The notes below the pieces were generated by a model. That model saw only the letters and a program-made list of their open reading frames with translations. It did no database searches and was not told the origin of the DNA. Shown one piece after another: positions 9,139 through 12,007 of a stretch of 12,007 bases of DNA. Position numbers and translations under genes: made by a program. The stretch spans positions 1 through 12,007 of the forward strand of contig NW_021826785.1 in NCBI RefSeq assembly GCF_006345805.1, given 5' to 3'. The number at the start of each line of letters is the position of its first letter. Position 1 is the first letter of the stretch. The DNA is from Octopus sinensis (Eukaryota).

Positions 9139-9336
9139 AACGGGAAGCTTTATGAAAATAAACAAAAGACGAAGGCAGGTGGAGTACAAACAAACAATTG
9201 TATTAGTATGGCGCTCAGGAATATAAATAAAACAAGTCTTTTACGTTTCGAGCTTCAACAGAAAGATACACAGAAAAGAAACACGGAGAGAAACAAGGAG
9301 AGAAAAAAATGCGTGCAGAAGCTAGCGATTCAACAT
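9139..9336 (-). mobile_element. Penelope-like element terminal (pLTR) fragment
   Basis: Contains a minimal hammerhead motif (9237-9266), shares motifs with 5390-5515, and is bounded by (TA)n and (TG)n tracts. Confidence 0.65.
9237..9266 (-). ncRNA. Minimal type I hammerhead ribozyme remnant with collapsed stem II (probably inactive)
   Basis: Minus strand UCUUU-CUGUUGA-AGCUC-GAAAC-GUA-AAAGA: 5-bp stem I (UCUUU/AAAGA), variant core CUGUUGA, GAAA, palindromic ACGU stem III and a GUA cleavage triplet. Stem II is too short to form. Confidence 0.6.
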
Positions 9337-9366
9337 ATGTGTGTGTGTGTGTCTGTGTGTGTGTGT

Positions 9367-9400
<34 letters not shown>

Positions 9401-9411
9401 CTGTGTGTGTT
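9337..9411. repeat. (TG)n microsatellite with TC interruptions
   Basis: Directly visible. Confidence 0.97.
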
Positions 9412-9611
9412 TCACATACATAATCACAAAAACCCATTATAACGAATCTACAAGTTAATTCTGACACTGTAATTAAAGTTATTATTTTTAATGTTATGCT
9501 GTGATTCTATTTATACATGCTTCGTTGCTAATTTAACTATTCATCGTTTTGATGTCTGACATCTGATGGGCTAACAATAACAGCCTTGGTGTCGTCTGTT
9601 TCTGTACATTA

Positions 9612-10003
9612 CGGTGTGGAGGCGCAATGGCCCAGTGGTTAGGGCAGCGGACTCGCGGTCATAGGATCGCGGTTTCGATTCCCAGACCGGGCGTTGTGAG
9701 TGTTTATTGAGCGAAAACACCTAAAAGCTCCACGGGGCTCCGGCAGGGGATGGTGGTGATCCCTGCTGTACTCTTTCACCACAACTTTTCTCTCACTCTA
9801 CTTCCTGTTTTGTTGTAACCTGTATTTCAAAGGGCCGGCCTTGTCACTCTCTGTGTCACGCTGAATATCCCCGAGAACTACGTTAAGGGTGCCGTGTTCT
9901 ATGGAGTGCTCAGCCACTTACACGTTAATTTCACGAGCAGGCTGTTCCGTTGATTCGGATCAACCGGAACCTTCATCGTCGTAACCGACGGAGTGCTTCC
10001 ATC
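9612..10003 (+). mobile_element. Full-length tRNA-derived SINE (octopod OK/OR-type family) with flanking direct repeat
   Basis: A box TGGCCCAGTGG, B box GGTTTCGATTCCC, end ...CCGACGGAGTGCTTCCATC. ACATTACGGT is present at both 9606-9615 and 10004-10013. Confidence 0.92.
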
Positions 10004-10771
10004 ACATTACGGTATTGTGTTCAATTTAAACAGACTTACCATTGAACGACATTATCGTCTGCTTTGTTGAAGACGTTTTCAATACAGACATACAAGAGTA
10101 ATAGATTTTTTTTATCAGCTACTTATACGGCTTGTAACTAAAATATTTTTTTTATTTTCTTTGTCGACTGGATTACGCAGTTATCGTAATAAACGTATTT
10201 TATTTGCATTATTTTTTTCACTAATTAACAATAAAACGAAAAGACGGTGACTGTATGGGTGTCTTATTATATTAACAATGAGCTGTACGAGAAGGATTGA
10301 TGAATGAGAGGGTTGTCGCTTATCGTTTGACGCTTGTATTTGAGGTGACGGTCGAAAGAAAAATGATAAGAAACTAACACCGGAATTTTCTGCTCGCAGT
10401 AATAGTTTATTTGAAGCAATAATTTTCCTGTGAAAGTGATGAATATGTTGACAGTTTTTGTTTTTTTTCAACAGTTCAGTATTTTGACTGTCGTGGAGAC
10501 TGCCGAATGAAAGAATTTGCTTGTCATTACGCTTCTCTGTTCAAGTCACTAATCTCTTCTCTGTCTGTCTAATCTGTAAATCCAGTCTTTTAATACACTG
10601 TAGAACAAATATGACCGGACAGATTTGCGGCAACGTTAACACTCAAAATTTCTCTTACATGTAATTTTATTAACCAAATTTTTTTGCTCTCGTCATTTCA
10701 CAATTTGTCAGAAATCCGGTTGTTGTTTACCTAAAGTTTTCCGATTGAAAGCAACAAAATTTTTAGATTGC

Positions 10772-10926
10772 TGTTTATCTCTTGCGAGGACGCCCCCAGA
10801 CGATGAAGTAGGCTCGCCCAATACGTAGATACAGAGGGAGAAGTCTAGACGTCGTCAGAGAGTGAGAGTAGAGTGGAGTTGAGTAGAAGGCATCCGAACA
10901 TGCGATATAACAGTGGCGACGGGGAT
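10772..10926 (+). mobile_element. Possible LTR 3' end plus primer-binding site of a truncated LTR retrotransposon
   Basis: GC-richer island ending ...ATATAACA (CA at 10911-10912), 1 nt, then TGGCGACGGGGAT (10914-10926), a 12/13 match to the reverse complement of the metazoan tRNA-Ser(GCU) 3' end. The LTR start is uncertain. Confidence 0.45.
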
Positions 10927-10946
10927 TTCGTAGCTCACACAGCCAC

Positions 10947-11000
10947 TTAAATCCTTTAAAATGTTTTAGCCCGAATGCCGCGGCCATGCTGGGGCACCAT
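10947..11000 (-). mobile_element. SINE 3' tail fragment
   Basis: Minus strand GATGGTGCCCCAGCATGGCCGCGGCATTCGGGCTAAAAC...AAAGGATTTA. The core GGTGC(C/T)CCAGCATGGCCGC matches 4542-4559. Confidence 0.7.
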
Positions 11001-11075
11001 CGCTGTGTAATATTGCGACATAACATTATCAAAACTTTTCTGACTGAAACACTGGGGTCAATATAATCAACTTGC

Positions 11076-11497
11076 GGATCTTTTCGGTTTGAACGGCAGA
11101 TTTTCTAGCGGTGTCATATGAAATTATCACCCATAATTATGACCCTAGTATCGATCTATTGCATTTCAATCTGTTTAAGGGTTAGGGTTAGGGTTAGGGG
11201 TGGGAGGAAGAGTATCTTTTTTTCTTCACAAATGTAAATAAACCCAATCTGTTTCTTAAACGAGGGACATATTCATACGGCACAGAATGGTTTTTAACTC
11301 AATGGACGCCAGTGATTGGTTGAAATTGCAGAAATTGAAGAAAAAAAACAACAAATATCTTACAAACTATAGAATTTTCCCAATAAAGCCAAGAGAAAAA
11401 GATGTTTAATAAACACATTCTACCAGTATACGAAGTTTCAAATTTTTTAGTTACCTAGAAATTATGTTAAAAACTGCCGTTCAAACCGAAAAGACCC
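11076..11497. mobile_element. 422-bp non-autonomous DNA transposon (MITE), Merlin- or Mutator-like
   Basis: 29-bp TIRs at 11076-11104 and 11469-11497 (GGATCTTTTCGGTTTGAACGGCAG..., 2 mismatches). Perfect 9-bp TSD TCAACTTGC at 11067-11075 and 11498-11506. No coding capacity. Confidence 0.93.
11176..11204 (+). repeat. Interstitial telomeric-type repeat TAAGGG(TTAGGG)3-GTGGG inside the MITE; G-quadruplex motif
   Basis: G-tracts at 11179-81, 11185-87, 11191-93, 11197-200 and 11202-04. Confidence 0.9.
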
Positions 11498-11551
11498 TCA
11501 ACTTGCTGCCCTTGTACCAAAATGTGAAACTAATGTTATCTAGATATTTAA

Positions 11552-11769
11552 GGCGGCCACCTGGTGGAATCGTTAGCACGCCGGGAAGAATACTTAACAG
11601 CATTTCGTTGCTGCTTACGTTTTTTAAGTTCCCCCCCCCCAAGGTCTACTTTCACTTTCCTCCTTTCAGCGTCCATAAAATAAGCAACAGTTGAGTCTGG
11701 GATCAATGAAGTCGATTTATTCCCTCACTTGAAATTGCTGGCTTTGTACCAAATTATGGAATCAATATC
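11552..11769 (+). mobile_element. Diverged tRNA-derived SINE (OR-type, Meta-like central domain)
   Basis: Head GGCGGCCACCTGGTGGAATCGTTAGCACGCCGGG. Central TTCCTCCTTTCAGCGTCCATAAAATAAGCAACAG resembles the recalled TTCATCCTTTCGGGGTCGATAAAATAAGTACCAG domain. The B box is degraded into a C-run. Confidence 0.7.
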
Positions 11770-12007
11770 AGTTATATATTTTTTGTTAATATTAACGTTA
11801 TGCAGACATGCACGCATTATATCTCGCTGCCTTCTTCAATCAGAAATTTCCTTCTCTCCAACATTTAGCCGTTCTGGGTCAGACACAATCAATTCTAAGA
11901 TACTGTCGGATTTTCTTTTTCCGCTGAGATTTATTCAGTCCTGAGAATAAAAGAAATTTTGCATGTTTTGGAAATAATTAATATTAATAAATTTGATTAT
12001 TAAACTA

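Larger units (their letters stand above)
11048..11537 (+). mobile_element. SINE 3' remnant split by the MITE (pieces 11048-11075 and 11498-11537)
   Basis: Rejoined, CACTGGGGTCAATATAATCAACTTGC-TGCCCTTGTACCAAAATGTGAAACTAAT aligns with the 3' end of the SINE at 11552-11769 (CTGGGATCAATGAAGTCGATT...TTGCTGGCTTTGTACCAAATTATGGAATCAAT). Confidence 0.7.

Noticed and set aside
10181-10471. 96-aa minus-strand ORF
   Set aside because: Starts at TTG in a homopolymer context, AT-rich, no recognisable motif.
10901-11025. TGCGATATAACA (10901-10912) and TGCGACATAACA (11014-11025) as two LTR ends
   Set aside because: Only 11/12 nt match with no extension upstream; not enough to call a second LTR.
10775-11944. 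ORFs 10775-11032, 11464-11694 and 11729-11944
   Set aside because: They cross boundaries of unrelated repeats or lack any motif; chance ORFs.

Overview
Eukaryotic, gene-poor, repeat-saturated DNA. The SINE families and very high microsatellite density point to an octopod cephalopod (Octopus sp.); this is inferred from recalled repeat families, not from a search. No intact protein-coding gene is supported. Bases 1-~3567 are a minus-strand L1-group non-LTR retrotransposon, probably Tx1 clade: 5'UTR, ORF1 with a CCHC zinc knuckle, and ORF2 with an APE endonuclease plus linker. The RT lies beyond the window start. Its frames are broken mainly by 1-2 nt indels, and its 5' end abuts a (GATA)n tract. 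The rest contains several tRNA-derived SINEs that share modules, two Penelope-like (PLE) fragments with damaged hammerhead ribozyme motifs, a Tc1/mariner transposase scrap and a possible LTR end with a tRNA-Ser primer-binding site. There is also a 422-bp MITE with 29-bp TIRs, a perfect 9-bp TSD and internal TTAGGG repeats. Microsatellites fill much of 5.9-9.4 kb, and most ORFs in the supplied track are microsatellite or antisense artefacts.
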